A DNA stretch of 63,531 bases, filler included, from Octopus bimaculoides (GCF_001194135.2; 5 parts of 5 records of this genome joined end to end with filler, not necessarily neighbours in it); one strand, 5' to 3'. Positions 26,740-38,015 are shown, counted from the whole stretch's first letter. Notes: generated from the letters alone by a model not told the origin. A program made the numbers and translations.

Positions 26740-27116
26740 ATTATTATTACCACCTCCACCTTAGCGACAGTGGAAGTACTGTTTTTAGTTATGTTTGTTT
26801 GTTTGTTTGTGGACAAGATATCTCAAGAACCGCTGGATGGATTCGGATGAAACTTTCAGGGATATTTGGCCTTGTGACTGGCAGAAATTGATTAGATTTT
26901 GGAATCAATCTGGTGCTGAACAAGGATTCCAGATTATTTTTCCTGTTGTTTTTACTTAATTTTTGAAAGCAGTTGGGTTCATTTTTAGTATTCTCATTTG
27001 TGAGAATAGTCAAGTTTATTTCAGATATTCTCATTTTAAAAAACATCTCCAGCTAATTGTTGAGAGAACGTTGGTGCTACTTTGGCGGAGGTCTGCGCTC
27101 CCTGAGTGCTCTTGTT
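26740..27116 (+). mobile_element. Helentron-associated non-autonomous element (HINE/DINE-1-like)
   Basis: subTIRs acctccacc (26752-26760) and ggcggaggt (27084-27092); (GTTT)n near the 5' end; 3' hairpin gcgctc-cct-gagtgc; TT-rich ends. Confidence 0.75.
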
Positions 27117-27149
27117 ATTATTATTATTATTATTAGTAGTAGTAGTAGT

Positions 27150-27600
27150 ATTAAGGCAGTGAGCTGGCAGAATTGTTAGCAAGCCAGCCAAAATGTTTAG
27201 TGGCATTTCATCCAACTTTGTGTTCTGAGTATAAATTTCGCCAAGGTCGACTTTGCCATTCATCCTTTAGGGGTTGATAAAATAAGTTCCAATCAAGTTC
27301 TGGTGACGATGGTGACGGGATGAGGGGGGGGGGGTTATGTAATCAACTTACCCCAACCCTCTAAAACTGCTGGTCTTGTGCCAAAATTTGAACCCATTAT
27401 TAAATACTCTCTCCCACCCCCCGTAAAGTGGCTCAGTTGGCAGAATCATTAGCTCACTGGACAAAATATTTAGAATTTCTTCTGCCTTTAGGTTCTGAGT
27501 TCAAATTTAACCAGGGTCTCCTTTGCCTTTCATCCTTCCATGGTCAATAAAACAAGTACCAATTGAACACTGTGGTCAACGTAATTGACAAACCTAATCC
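27150..27600 (+). mobile_element. Two tandem SINE family B copies
   Basis: Heads gagctggcagaattgttagc (about 27160) and cagttggcagaatcattagc (about 27435). Confidence 0.75.
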
Positions 27601-27624
27601 TAACCCTAACCCTAACCCTAACCC
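27601..27624. repeat. (TAACCC)4 telomere-like tract
   Basis: Direct reading. Confidence 0.8.
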
Positions 27625-27904
27625 ACACTAAAAAGAATTATTAAATTTCCCTGCCTGAAAAGTTTGCAACAAAGGATTCCCCTATACTTTGGTTATTTGT
27701 TGGTGTGTTATTCACCTTACAACAGTTGATGTCTTCTAGTTTCACGACTCACCTGTGTGACATACCAGGTAAGATATTTCACTACTCTCTGTACTATTAC
27801 AGGCTGGTTTTTTTCGTTTTCTTTTTTTCTATTTTGTTTTTTTTTCTACTCTCATCAAAAACGGTTTTATCTCTTTTTGTATTAAGTAGGTCAAGGTTCT
27901 TCTT

Positions 27905-28122
27905 TTATACTGATTTCAAATGTTGGCACCAGGCCAACAATTCTGAGCGGGGAAGTAAGTTGATTACATAAACCCCCTAGTGCTCTGCTTGTACTTATTT
28001 TATTAGCCCTAAATGGATGAAAGATAAAGGTGACCCCAGCAGTGTTCAAACTTGGAACATAAAGTTGAAAGACATGCAGATAAGCATTTTCCCCTGCATG
28101 TTATCGATTCTGCCAGCTTGCC

Positions 28123-28125
<3 letters not shown>
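27905..28125 (-). mobile_element. Degenerate SINE family B
   Basis: ttggcaccaggcc tail and cgattctgccagcttgcc head. Confidence 0.7.
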
Positions 28126-28156
<31 letters not shown>

Positions 28157-28184
28157 TAATAATCCTATCATAATAGGCGCCTTA

Positions 28185-28286
28185 CGATATGTGCATCTCT
28201 GATCATGAGCAGAAGTAGTGGGGGAGCATCATAGCCATGTGTTGAGAGGAATTCTTTGGGGTTTCATGGGTGTTTCATTCAACATC
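28185..28286. mobile_element. Family E repeat, first part
   Basis: Reverse complement matches 3005-3100 and 10130-10200. Confidence 0.65.
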
Positions 28287-29290
28287 NNNNNNNNNNNNNN
28301 NNNNNNNNNNNNNNNNNNNNNNNNNNNNNNNNNNNNNNNNNNNNNNNNNNNNNNNNNNNNNNNNNNNNNNNNNNNNNNNNNNNNNNNNNNNNNNNNNNNN
28401 NNNNNNNNNNNNNNNNNNNNNNNNNNNNNNNNNNNNNNNNNNNNNNNNNNNNNNNNNNNNNNNNNNNNNNNNNNNNNNNNNNNNNNNNNNNNNNNNNNNN
28501 NNNNNNNNNNNNNNNNNNNNNNNNNNNNNNNNNNNNNNNNNNNNNNNNNNNNNNNNNNNNNNNNNNNNNNNNNNNNNNNNNNNNNNNNNNNNNNNNNNNN
28601 NNNNNNNNNNNNNNNNNNNNNNNNNNNNNNNNNNNNNNNNNNNNNNNNNNNNNNNNNNNNNNNNNNNNNNNNNNNNNNNNNNNNNNNNNNNNNNNNNNNN
28701 NNNNNNNNNNNNNNNNNNNNNNNNNNNNNNNNNNNNNNNNNNNNNNNNNNNNNNNNNNNNNNNNNNNNNNNNNNNNNNNNNNNNNNNNNNNNNNNNNNNN
28801 NNNNNNNNNNNNNNNNNNNNNNNNNNNNNNNNNNNNNNNNNNNNNNNNNNNNNNNNNNNNNNNNNNNNNNNNNNNNNNNNNNNNNNNNNNNNNNNNNNNN
28901 NNNNNNNNNNNNNNNNNNNNNNNNNNNNNNNNNNNNNNNNNNNNNNNNNNNNNNNNNNNNNNNNNNNNNNNNNNNNNNNNNNNNNNNNNNNNNNNNNNNN
29001 NNNNNNNNNNNNNNNNNNNNNNNNNNNNNNNNNNNNNNNNNNNNNNNNNNNNNNNNNNNNNNNNNNNNNNNNNNNNNNNNNNNNNNNNNNNNNNNNNNNN
29101 NNNNNNNNNNNNNNNNNNNNNNNNNNNNNNNNNNNNNNNNNNNNNNNNNNNNNNNNNNNNNNNNNNNNNNNNNNNNNNNNNNNNNNNNNNNNNNNNNNNN
29201 NNNNNNNNNNNNNNNNNNNNNNNNNNNNNNNNNNNNNNNNNNNNNNNNNNNNNNNNNNNTGGACATTAAACGATGATGATGATGATGATG

Positions 29291-29336
<46 letters not shown>

Positions 29337-29379
29337 AATAATAAGGTACTCAGATATCTGGATGATTGTACATTTACAG

Positions 29380-29620
29380 ATTTTTATTAATGTCACATGT
29401 CATATGTCACCAGCAACAAGGAACGTTGTGCTTTTTTGCATCTTACCTTATGCCGTAGACTTCTTAAGGGCAACTGTCCATATGGTATAACAGGAAAAAG
29501 CTGCCCTCACCTCCACCCCAAACACTGTCCTAAATACAGAGTCCATGGCCCGGATCCTAAATATGGATGTACAAAAGGCAACGGATGCACCTTCTTCCAT
29601 CCTAAACTGTGCCAAACTTC
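29380..29620 (+). mobile_element. CR1-like LINE ORF1 segment with tandem CCCH-type fingers (contig probably misplaced)
   Basis: CRRLLKGNCPYGITGKSCPHLH and CPKY...GCTKGNGCTFFH; last 28 bp are identical to 30788-30815. Confidence 0.7.
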
Positions 29621-29630
29621 NNNNNNNNNN

Positions 29631-29875
29631 CTTAAACAAACCTTATTCAGGGACCTTTTGAGTGGGATGGACTACTTGACATGAAGAAAATTCTAACTGG
29701 GCCCCACCTGCAAGGTCATGGGTTGTTTATCTTGTCTTGATATGAGGTCACCATGTCATGCACATGTGCTTGTGATGCATGTGCCTAGTGTACCCTTACC
29801 AGACAGGTAGTCACGATAGGTATGTTGGGTTTCATATACTTACCTCAGTGTCACTTTGATGGCATGCACTGTTCT
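29631..29875. mobile_element. Family E repeat, second part
   Basis: Ends with cagtgtcactttgatggcatgcactg, the reverse complement of 324-365. Confidence 0.65.
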
Positions 29876-29904
29876 AGTTTCAAATTTTGCCACAAAGGCA
29901 ACCA

Positions 29905-30093
29905 TTTTCGGGAAGAAAATAAGTTGATTACATCAAACCCCTCACCCCCAGTATGCAACTGGTACTTAATTTATCGACCCTGAAAGGATGAAAGGCAAAG
30001 TTGACCTTGGCAGAATTTGAACGTAGCAACGGGGCAAAATACCGTTAAGCATTTCGTCCAGCATGCTAACGCTTCTGCCAGCTCGCTGCCTTC

Positions 30094-30095
<2 letters not shown>
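29905..30095 (-). mobile_element. SINE family B
   Basis: ccccagtatgcaactggtacttaatttatcgaccc...ttctgccagctcgctgcc. Confidence 0.8.
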
Positions 30096-30142
<47 letters not shown>

Positions 30143-30787
30143 TCTTTCTATTATAGGCACAAGGCCTGAAATTTGTGGGGAGGAGACTAGTCAATTACAT
30201 TGACCCTAGAATTTCACTCAGTCCTCAGTCAAATCATCCAACCCATGCTCGCTAGGAAAGTGGACATTAAACGATGATGATGATGATGATNNNNNNNNNN
30301 NNNNNNNNNNNNNNNNNNNNNNNNNNNNNNNNNNNNNNNNNNNNNNNNNNNNNNNNNNNNNNNNNNNNNNNNNNNNNNNNNNNNNNNNNNNNNNNNNNNN
30401 NNNNNNNNNNNNNNNNNNNNNNNNNNNNNNNNNNNNNNNNNNNNNNNNNNNNNNNNNNNNNNNNNNNNNNNNNNNNNNNNNNNNNNNNNNNNNNNNNNNN
30501 NNNNNNNNNNNNNNNNNNNNNNNNNNNNNNNNNNNNNNNNNNNNNNNNNNNNNNNNNNNNNNNNNNNNNNNNNNNNNNNNNNNNNNNNNNNNNNNNNNNN
30601 NNNNNNNNNNNNNNNNNNNNNNNNNNNNNNNNNNNNNNNNNNNNNNNNNNNNNNNNNNNNNNNNNNNNNNNNNNNNNNNNNNNNNNNNNNNNNNNNNNNN
30701 NNNNNNNNNNNNNNNNNNNNNNNNNNNNNNNNNNNNNNNNNNNNNNNNNNNNNNNNNNNNNNNNNNNNNNNNNNNNNNNNNNNNNNN

Positions 30788-33009
30788 TCTTCCATCCTAA
30801 ACTGTGCCAAACTTCTGTGTCACTAAGGATGTGCTTGAACCCAGAATGCAACCACCACCATCTGAAGGGCACAAAACGGTCGAAAAATAACTATAAACAG
30901 CAACAGAGGAGACCTACGACAACAACAAAAACAAAACACAACCACATTTCACCTCCTACAACCAAACAACGAAGACAGAACTATGGAAAAACCATAACAC
31001 CAAATGACATAAACATGAACTGTGTATCCTCTGACCAAATGGCAAATCAAAGAGGCAACTCTTTTTTACTAACTTATCTAGAGAATATGAAAGCCAACCT
31101 AAGCCAGGAGATCCAACAAGCTATCAGCAACCATTTATGCAAAACACAAGGAACACACACCCACCACGAACTAGAAAATCATACACACACAGCTCCATAC
31201 AAACCTACCCTCATTGCTACCCCTGAACAACATAAAACATAACTTAGAATAATGCAAGCATCAAACTACCCTTACCTTGATATTCCTGTTAAATGTACAT
31301 GGCATCAACCCATCAGTCATTGCCCAAAAATGGAAGATCCCATATATAGAGAGTTGGCTAGCCGAAACAGCACATTGCTTCCCTTTCTTTATCCTTACTG
31401 AAACTCACCTAAACAGCGCACATATGAATGCCAAGGGGAAAATAAAAGATTTCACCATCGTCTGTGCAGATCGCACAGACTGAAATAAAGTGGGGAGGGC
31501 CATCTTTCTCCATGACTCCTTTTCAGTTGATGCCAAGGACATATTTTCCAATGGCTATTGTGAATCTATATCACTATTCAACAAGGCCAAATACGTAATC
31601 ATTGTTGGTCTTTACAGGCCTCTCAAGCACCTCTAAAGTACTTTGAAGAGTACCTCAACAAAATCCTTCCTTCAAAAATATAACTCTAGAAACATACTAG
31701 TGATGGGTGATTTTAACCTCCCTCATATAAACTGGTCCACAAACACTCTGAAGTTGGGCAGATGTTCTACATCAGATAAAGCAGCAGCAGAATTACTCTT
31801 TAATCTAATGGATAAATTCTTCCTGACTCAGCTAGTGCTCGAACCAACAAGACAGAATAAAACGATCTTGGATCTAATATTAACCAACCACTCTAGCTCC
31901 GTTCACAGTATTTCAGTTGAAAAAACTCTCCTCTCAGACCATGACATGATTCTCTGAAATTTTAATTCCCGGCATACACAAAACCAAACCAACCAATCCC
32001 ACTCCATGGCACTCGTTTGACAACATAAACTTCCACAAAGCGGACTGGGGAGCAATCAGAAAGGATCTGTCCTACATCGATTGGTCTTTCACTCTCAGTT
32101 CCACTCACATTGAGACCGCATGGCAGCACTTTGAGAACATTGTCACCTATACATGCTCAAAACACGCTCCTACAAAATCCACTAACACAAACAGAAACCA
32201 GCTCCTTAGAAAGAAAAAAACACTCATCAGGCGCATCAAAAGACTCAATAAAAAAAATCAACCAATTAAAATACTCCCACATTCAACAACAATGAAAAGG
32301 CTGGAGTTGGAAAAACTTCATCTGCAGACCGACATGAAAACCTTCATTGAAAATCAAAGAGCTGCGGAGGAACAGTGGGTAATCAAAAACATCAAACAGA
32401 ACCCAAAAGTATTTTATTCTTATGCAAATAAGCATAGAACCAGTCTCACCCATTGGACCACTGACCGATGATAACAGCATTCTCCAACACGATGCTAAAG
32501 AAATGGCAGAAATACTGCAGAAACAATATTGCTCTGTCTTTAGTGACCCCACTGATATTGAAGTAAGGGAGGCAAACGAAGTTGATTCCCAACATAATAT
32601 CTCAGACATAACCTTCACTGCCTCAGACATCATAGCAGCAATAAACGAGGTCAAATACTATTCTGCAGTAGGCCCTGAGAGATTCCCCGCTAGTCTCCTG
32701 AAGCAATATAGACACCAACTTGCAGTCCCTCTGACCAACCTCTGGAGAAATTCTTTAGACTCGGATTATATACCGAAACAGCTCCTATCCCAGTCTGTCA
32801 TCCTGGTTTTCAAACAGGGAAACAGATCCCTCGCAGTCAACTATCACCCAATCTCACTCACCTCCCACATCATTAAAGTGTTTAAATGAGTGGTAAGATC
32901 AAGGATAGCTGACTTCCTGGAGATCCCAAAACTCCTAAATGCAAACCAGCATGGCTTTCGCTGTGGCAGGGACTGTCTAACACAGCTCTTACACCACATT
33001 GAAGATATA
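30788..33009 (+). mobile_element. Decayed CR1-clade LINE: ORF1 end, APE endonuclease and RT N-terminal part
   Basis: LLNVHG, LTETHL, GDFNLP, ILDLILTN, SDHD (endonuclease); GPERFP, NYHPISLTSHIIKVF, NQHGFR..RDCLTQLL (RT); multiple stops and frameshifts; runs into a gap. Confidence 0.88.
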
Positions 33010-34372
33010 NNNNNNNNNNNNNNNNNNNNNNNNNNNNNNNNNNNNNNNNNNNNNNNNNNNNNNNNNNNNNNNNNNNNNNNNNNNNNNNNNNNNNNNNNNN
33101 NNNNNNNNNNNNNNNNNNNNNNNNNNNNNNNNNNNNNNNNNNNNNNNNNNNNNNNNNNNNNNNNNNNNNNNNNNNNNNNNNNNNNNNNNNNNNNNNNNNN
33201 NNNNNNNNNNNNNNNNNNNNNNNNNNNNNNNNNNNNNNNNNNNNNNNNNNNNNNNNNNNNNNNNNNNNNNNNNNNNNNNNNNNNNNNNNNNNNNNNNNNN
33301 NNNNNNNNNNNNNNNNNNNNNNNNNNNNNNNNNNNNNNNNNNNNNNNNNNNNNNNNNNNNNNNNNNNNNNNNNNNNNNNNNNNNNNNNNNNNNNNNNNNN
33401 NNNNNNNNNNNNNNNNNNNNNNNNNNNNNNNNNNNNNNNNNNNNNNNNNNNNNNNNNNNNNNNNNNNNNNNNNNNNNNNNNNNNNNNNNNNNNNNNNNNN
33501 NNNNNNNNNNNNNNNNNNNNNNNNNNNNNNNNNNNNNNNNNNNNNNNNNNNNNNNNNNNNNNNNNNNNNNNNNNNNNNNNNNNNNNNNNNNNNNNNNNNN
33601 NNNNNNNNNNNNNNNNNNNNNNNNNNNNNNNNNNNNNNNNNNNNNNNNNNNNNNNNNNNNNNNNNNNNNNNNNNNNNNNNNNNNNNNNNNNNNNNNNNNN
33701 NNNNNNNNNNNNNNNNNNNNNNNNNNNNNNNNNNNNNNNNNNNNNNNNNNNNNNNNNNNNNNNNNNNNNNNNNNNNNNNNNNNNNNNNNNNNNNNNNNNN
33801 NNNNNNNNNNNNNNNNNNNNNNNNNNNNATGAAAATATATATGTAAAAAAATTTAAGATAATATATACTATTTCTGAGATATTTTGGGAACAAACAAACA
33901 TCTTCTAGAGTTTTAGTATTATTAAGATATTCATATATATATACAATAGAAATATGTTTCAAAAAGAAAATAGAAACTACACATGGAAAAGATATGGGGG
34001 AAAATAAGAAGAAAAAAAGCGAAAATCCACATTGAATATCAAAAAAGATAAAGGCTTTTTTATGAAAAGTAGTGATAAATAAATACAAAAAGATGAACTG
34101 AGGTAGAATTAAGAGGAATTAAATTCATTATTTTGAATTGTTAAAGAGATTCAAAGTCAAACTGGTGTCGTCATTGCTGTTCACTGTCTTTGAATGTGTA
34201 CCAATTATCAAATGGTGTCGGGTCTACTTGTCCCTGAGTAAAAAGATTGTGTAAGGAAGGTAAGTAGTTCTGGACATGGTGCAATTAGGGTCGATATAAT
34301 AGTGTAATATGAATGGTATAAGGAATGTATGGGTGTTAGTGGCATTATTGGTAAGGTTTGTAGTGTTTTGTA

Positions 34373-34508
34373 TTATGTTGTGTTCATGTTAAGCTGTGGA
34401 TAATATTTATTGATGAAAGTTGCTTCTTTATTCATTCTTTGCTGTGCTGAGATCTTCTGTGAACATTGATAGAAGGGGAAAATTAGGAAATTAGGATTAA
34501 GGTTCCTA
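34373..34508 (-). mobile_element. Penelope-like element, GIY-YIG endonuclease C-terminus
   Basis: FLIFPFYQCSQKISAQQRMNKEATFINKYYPQLN matches the Penelope PFY...R..KE..FI....P.LN ending; 5'-truncated at (TA)n. Confidence 0.6.
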
Positions 34509-34532
34509 CATATATATATATATATATATATA

Positions 34533-34835
34533 GACCTTCGTACATTGGGCCTCACTGAGGCGATGACTACTGACCGAGACCTTTGGAAATGTGCTGTGCG
34601 TGAGAAGACCCGGCAAGCCAAGTAAGATCGTTGCCAGTGCCCCTGGACTGGTTCTTGTGCGGGTGGCACATGAGATGCAACATTTTGAGCGTGGCCGTTG
34701 CCAGTACCGCCTGACTGGCTCCCGTAGGATTTTCGAGCGAGATCGTTGCCAGTGCCCCTGGACTGGCTTGTGCGGGTGGCACATAAAAGACACCATTTCG
34801 AGCGTGGCCGTTTTCGTGCGGGTGACACGTAAAAG
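34533..34835 (+). mobile_element. RTE-clade LINE 3' end (last 30 codons plus modular 3' UTR)
   Basis: DLRTLGLTEAMTTDRDLWKCAVREKTRQAK* (34533-34625); UTR carries an approx. 115-bp duplicated module. Confidence 0.75.
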
Positions 34836-35048
34836 NNNNNNNNNNNNNNNNNNNNNNNNNNNNNNNNNNNNNNNNNNNNNNNNNNNNNNNNNNNNNNNNN
34901 NNNNNNNNNNNNNNNNNNNNNNNNNNNNNNNNNNNNNNNNNNNNNNNNNNNNNNNNNNNNNNNNNNNNNNNNNNNNNNNNNNNNNNNNNNNNNNNNNNNN
35001 NNNNNNNNNNNNNNNNNNNNNNNNNNNNNNNNNNNNNNNNNNNNNNNN

Positions 35049-35084
<36 letters not shown>

Positions 35085-35085
<1 letters not shown>

Positions 35086-35234
35086 GATGGGCATCTTTCA
35101 GTTTCCATCTACCAAATCCACGCACCAAGCTTTGGTCAGCTCAGGACTATGGTAGGAGCCACTTGCCCAAGGTCCATGCAGTGGGACTGGACCCAGAACC
35201 ATGTGGTTGGATGGTTGGAAAGTAAGTTTCTCAA
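35085..35234 (-). mobile_element. SINE family A, 5' half
   Basis: tctttcagtttccatctaccaaatccac...cagtgggactggacccagaaccatgtggttg. Confidence 0.8.
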
Positions 35235-35660
35235 CCATGATGCCTGTGCTTATGACCATAAACCTGTGGGAGAATGACCGATACATAGACATCTTGCTTT
35301 TTCCAGCCTGATGAGTAGTGGAACCAGGGTTGGTAGCTAACAACACCAAGTTGCCACTGGAGGAGGTGCCATAGCAGGTGGCATCCCAGATGAGGAGCCT
35401 GCCACCATAGAACAGGAAAATTGTCATACCATCCAACCTTTTACTGTCCCCTCAGTTTAACCCTGCTAGCTCAAGCTGGGAAAGGAAGCTTGTGGTGTCT
35501 AGGCTATGCCTCATGATATTTTTAAGGGTGGCATGGCAAGGAAGGAAGGCAGCCAGCACTACGACAGCATGACAGTGGGCGGAGGCTGAAAGAATCCTCA
35601 ATGGATCTGCAGCGGCGTTTATGAGGCTCACAGATCTGGAAACCAAGTCTCGGTACATGA
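35235..35660 (-). mobile_element. CRE-like non-LTR retrotransposon, zinc knuckle plus restriction-like endonuclease fragment
   Basis: ICEPH..C....D.....LSC..SAG; HATLKNIMRHSL; LELAGLN*GDSKRLDGMT.F....GRLLIWDATC. Confidence 0.75.
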
Positions 35661-36511
35661 GTTATATTTTATTTTATCAACCCCAGAAAGATTGAATGGC
35701 AAGGTTGACCCAGTCAGGATTTGAACTCAGAATGTAAAGAGCTGTAATGAAATACTACCAGGCAAGATTTTTTGTGAGATACTCTGACAATTCTGTTGAA
35801 TAATTAACTGCCATTTCTTCATTTGGAATAATGATTTCTCACAGCTGCGACAAGAATAACAACATCAATCTCAGTTAAGGACATCATAAACATTTGTGTG
35901 TAATCTTGTACTCTGTTCCCTTAGAACTTCATTCAATAAATGCATAACAAGACTACCCATAAACCTATATTCACACACGGAGGCTGGTCTATACCGGTTT
36001 GTCTTGAAGGCCAAGAACGGAGAAGCATAAACCTCTAAAAGACATAGAGTTGTCTATACCGGTTTAACGGAACATCAACCATAATGAAAAGCACACAAAT
36101 AAACAATTAAATTGTCTTTTGTCATATTTGTTTTTTTTTAATATTGTAATTTAAAATAATAATATTAATAATATGCTATTGTCCTTGGCCTGAAGTGTCT
36201 AAAATTATAGTAATTTGCAAATGAAACACTTCTGTTTATGCCAAACTGTACCAAAAACTGTTCCACTTACAGCTTTGTATTCTGATAGCTTACCATGTGC
36301 GCAGAGAACAGTTGAGAATCAAAACAATGACGTAATGAAAATTCATAAAAAGTTTTTTAAAAAATAAAATTGCCTCCTGGGCGGTTTCCTACAAGTATAT
36401 CTCTTGTTTGCTTGTATGAAACTACTGTAATGTGGGGCTGAATAAACTCTGGGGCTCTGATTTCTCTGCAACCCAGAGGAGATGCTGCATGCATATTGTT
36501 AGATGAATGCA

Positions 36512-37075
36512 TTGGGTGGGTGCATAATTATTGTGGCTTTTTTTAATAAATTTTATTCAACAAAAACATCTTTAAATGATGGTCTGACCATCTGCCAAGC
36601 AAATGGGAAACAGTAATTGAAGTAGATGGTGAATATGCTCCGGAATAATCATTTAAAGATGTTTTTTATTATTTCTTTATTGCCCACAAGAGGCTAAACA
36701 TAGAGGGGACAAACAAGGACAGACAGTGCGTAACGACCCCAGTGCGTAACGACCCCAGTGCGTAACGACCCCAGTGCGTAACGACCCCAGTGCGTAACGA
36801 CCCTAGTGCGTAACGACCCCAGTGCGTAACGACCCAGTGCGTAACTGGTACTTAATTTATCGACCCCCGAAAGGATGAAAGGCAAAGTCGACCTCAGCGG
36901 AATTTGAACTCAGAACGTAACGGCAGACGAAATACCACGAAGCATTTCGCCCGGCGTGCTAACGGTTCTGCCAGCTCACTGCCTTCATTTAAAGATGCTT
37001 TTGTTAAATGTTGCTATTGTTTTTGTTGAATAAAATTTGTTGCAAAGAAGCTGCAATAATTATGCACAAACCCAA
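36512..37075 (+). mobile_element. Mariner-derived MITE interrupted by a SINE
   Basis: TIR ttgggt.ggtgcataattattgtggc / gc.gcaataattatgcac.aacccaa; same family as 43639-43886. Confidence 0.85.
36662..36984 (-). mobile_element. SINE family B with alternative tail, 13-bp TSD and internal 16-bp tandem array
   Basis: TSD tcatttaaagatg at 36649-36661 and 36985-36997; (ccccagtgcgtaacga) x about 7 at 36724-36845. Confidence 0.88.
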
Positions 37076-37383
37076 TACAAAACTGCTGTAATGTGGGGCT
37101 GAATAAATTCTGGGGCTCTGATTTCTCTGCGACCCAGAGGAGATGCTGCATGTGTATTTTTAGATGAATGTATATTTTCCAGAAACAGTTGCACCGCACT
37201 CCCTCATTTCCTTCCTATACAATCTTGCAAACCAAAACTTCTTCTCATGCCTCAAACCTTGTGGGACCACCTGGGCACCTCAACACCATTATCTATCTCT
37301 TTGAAGCTCCAACTGACAATTTTCTCCATTTTGCTTCTCTCTTCCTCTTTCTAAATGTGAGTACACATTCCAATCCTCTACAA

Positions 37384-37500
37384 CAGTGGTTCTCAACCGG
37401 GGTCCATGTAAGATGTTTGGGTGTCCACATAACAAAATAGTAAATTTGGGACAGAAAATAGTATTTTAAGGGTCCATGAAAAATTTTGCTTTAGATTGTA
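37384..37500 (+). mobile_element. hAT (Charlie-like) left end, truncated
   Basis: CAGTGGTTCTCAACC terminus preceded by ctctacaa (near the NTCTAGAN target consensus); no right TIR found. Confidence 0.55.
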
Positions 37501-37639
37501 TTATGACTGAGTCAGTTAAACCGAAAATCTTAACCTTTTATCCAAAGCACCAAGCATTACTAAGATCTATGAAAAATAGAAAAAAATGTGCCACCATTTC
37601 AAACAAAGTGTAATGTGATTAAAAACAATGCAACAAAAG

Positions 37640-38015
37640 ATTTATTGGACATTTCTTATTGCAGTTGTAGAGACAAAAAAGTAGCACAGAGAGAACAAGA
37701 TGTTTTAGGATCGACAGACAAATCAATAAATGATCATTGAAGGAACAGATCAAGCAGTATCTAAATTAAATGTTCAGAAGTTGATTAGAAAGAATCAGTC
37801 AGTTCACAGTTGCCCTGCATCAGCAGAGGAGTCTGAATTGATGGTGTTTTCATCAAGCAGTGAATCTGGAAATGGATCAGCAAGCAAAGATGAAGATTTT
37901 TCCAATTCCATTTTCCATGAAACGAAAAGACGTCATCAAAAATATAAGTTCAAAAACACCAATAAAGCTAATGAAATTCCCGGAACTAGCTTCTGCCTGT
38001 GACCAAGAGTGAGAT
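37640..38015 (+). pseudogene. Frameshifted transposase-like relic of an unassigned family
   Basis: Across frameshifts: DISYCSCRDKKV..REQ.VL / DRQ...MIIEGTD...KL..KLIRK / acidic-Ser linker / MKFPELASACDQ. Confidence 0.45.

Larger units (their letters stand above)
36415..37172. repeat. 97-bp direct repeats (36415-36511 and 37076-37172) flanking a MITE
   Basis: ta.(g/a)aaact.ctgtaatgtggggctgaataaa.tctggggctctg...tagatgaatg.a on both sides. Confidence 0.85.

Noticed and set aside
28162-28202. PIIIGAL peptide resembling the R4 VIGALG motif
   Set aside because: Only 7 codons; better explained as a decayed SINE B tail fragment after (AAT)n.
33860-33925. Hammerhead remnant downstream of the Penelope fragment (ctagaagatg…gaaatagta, minus strand)
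   Set aside because: The core and stems cannot be formed.
36724-36845. 16-bp array (and the 38981 minisatellite) as a CRISPR array
   Set aside because: No unique spacers, no cas genes, and a eukaryotic context; these are simple tandem repeats.
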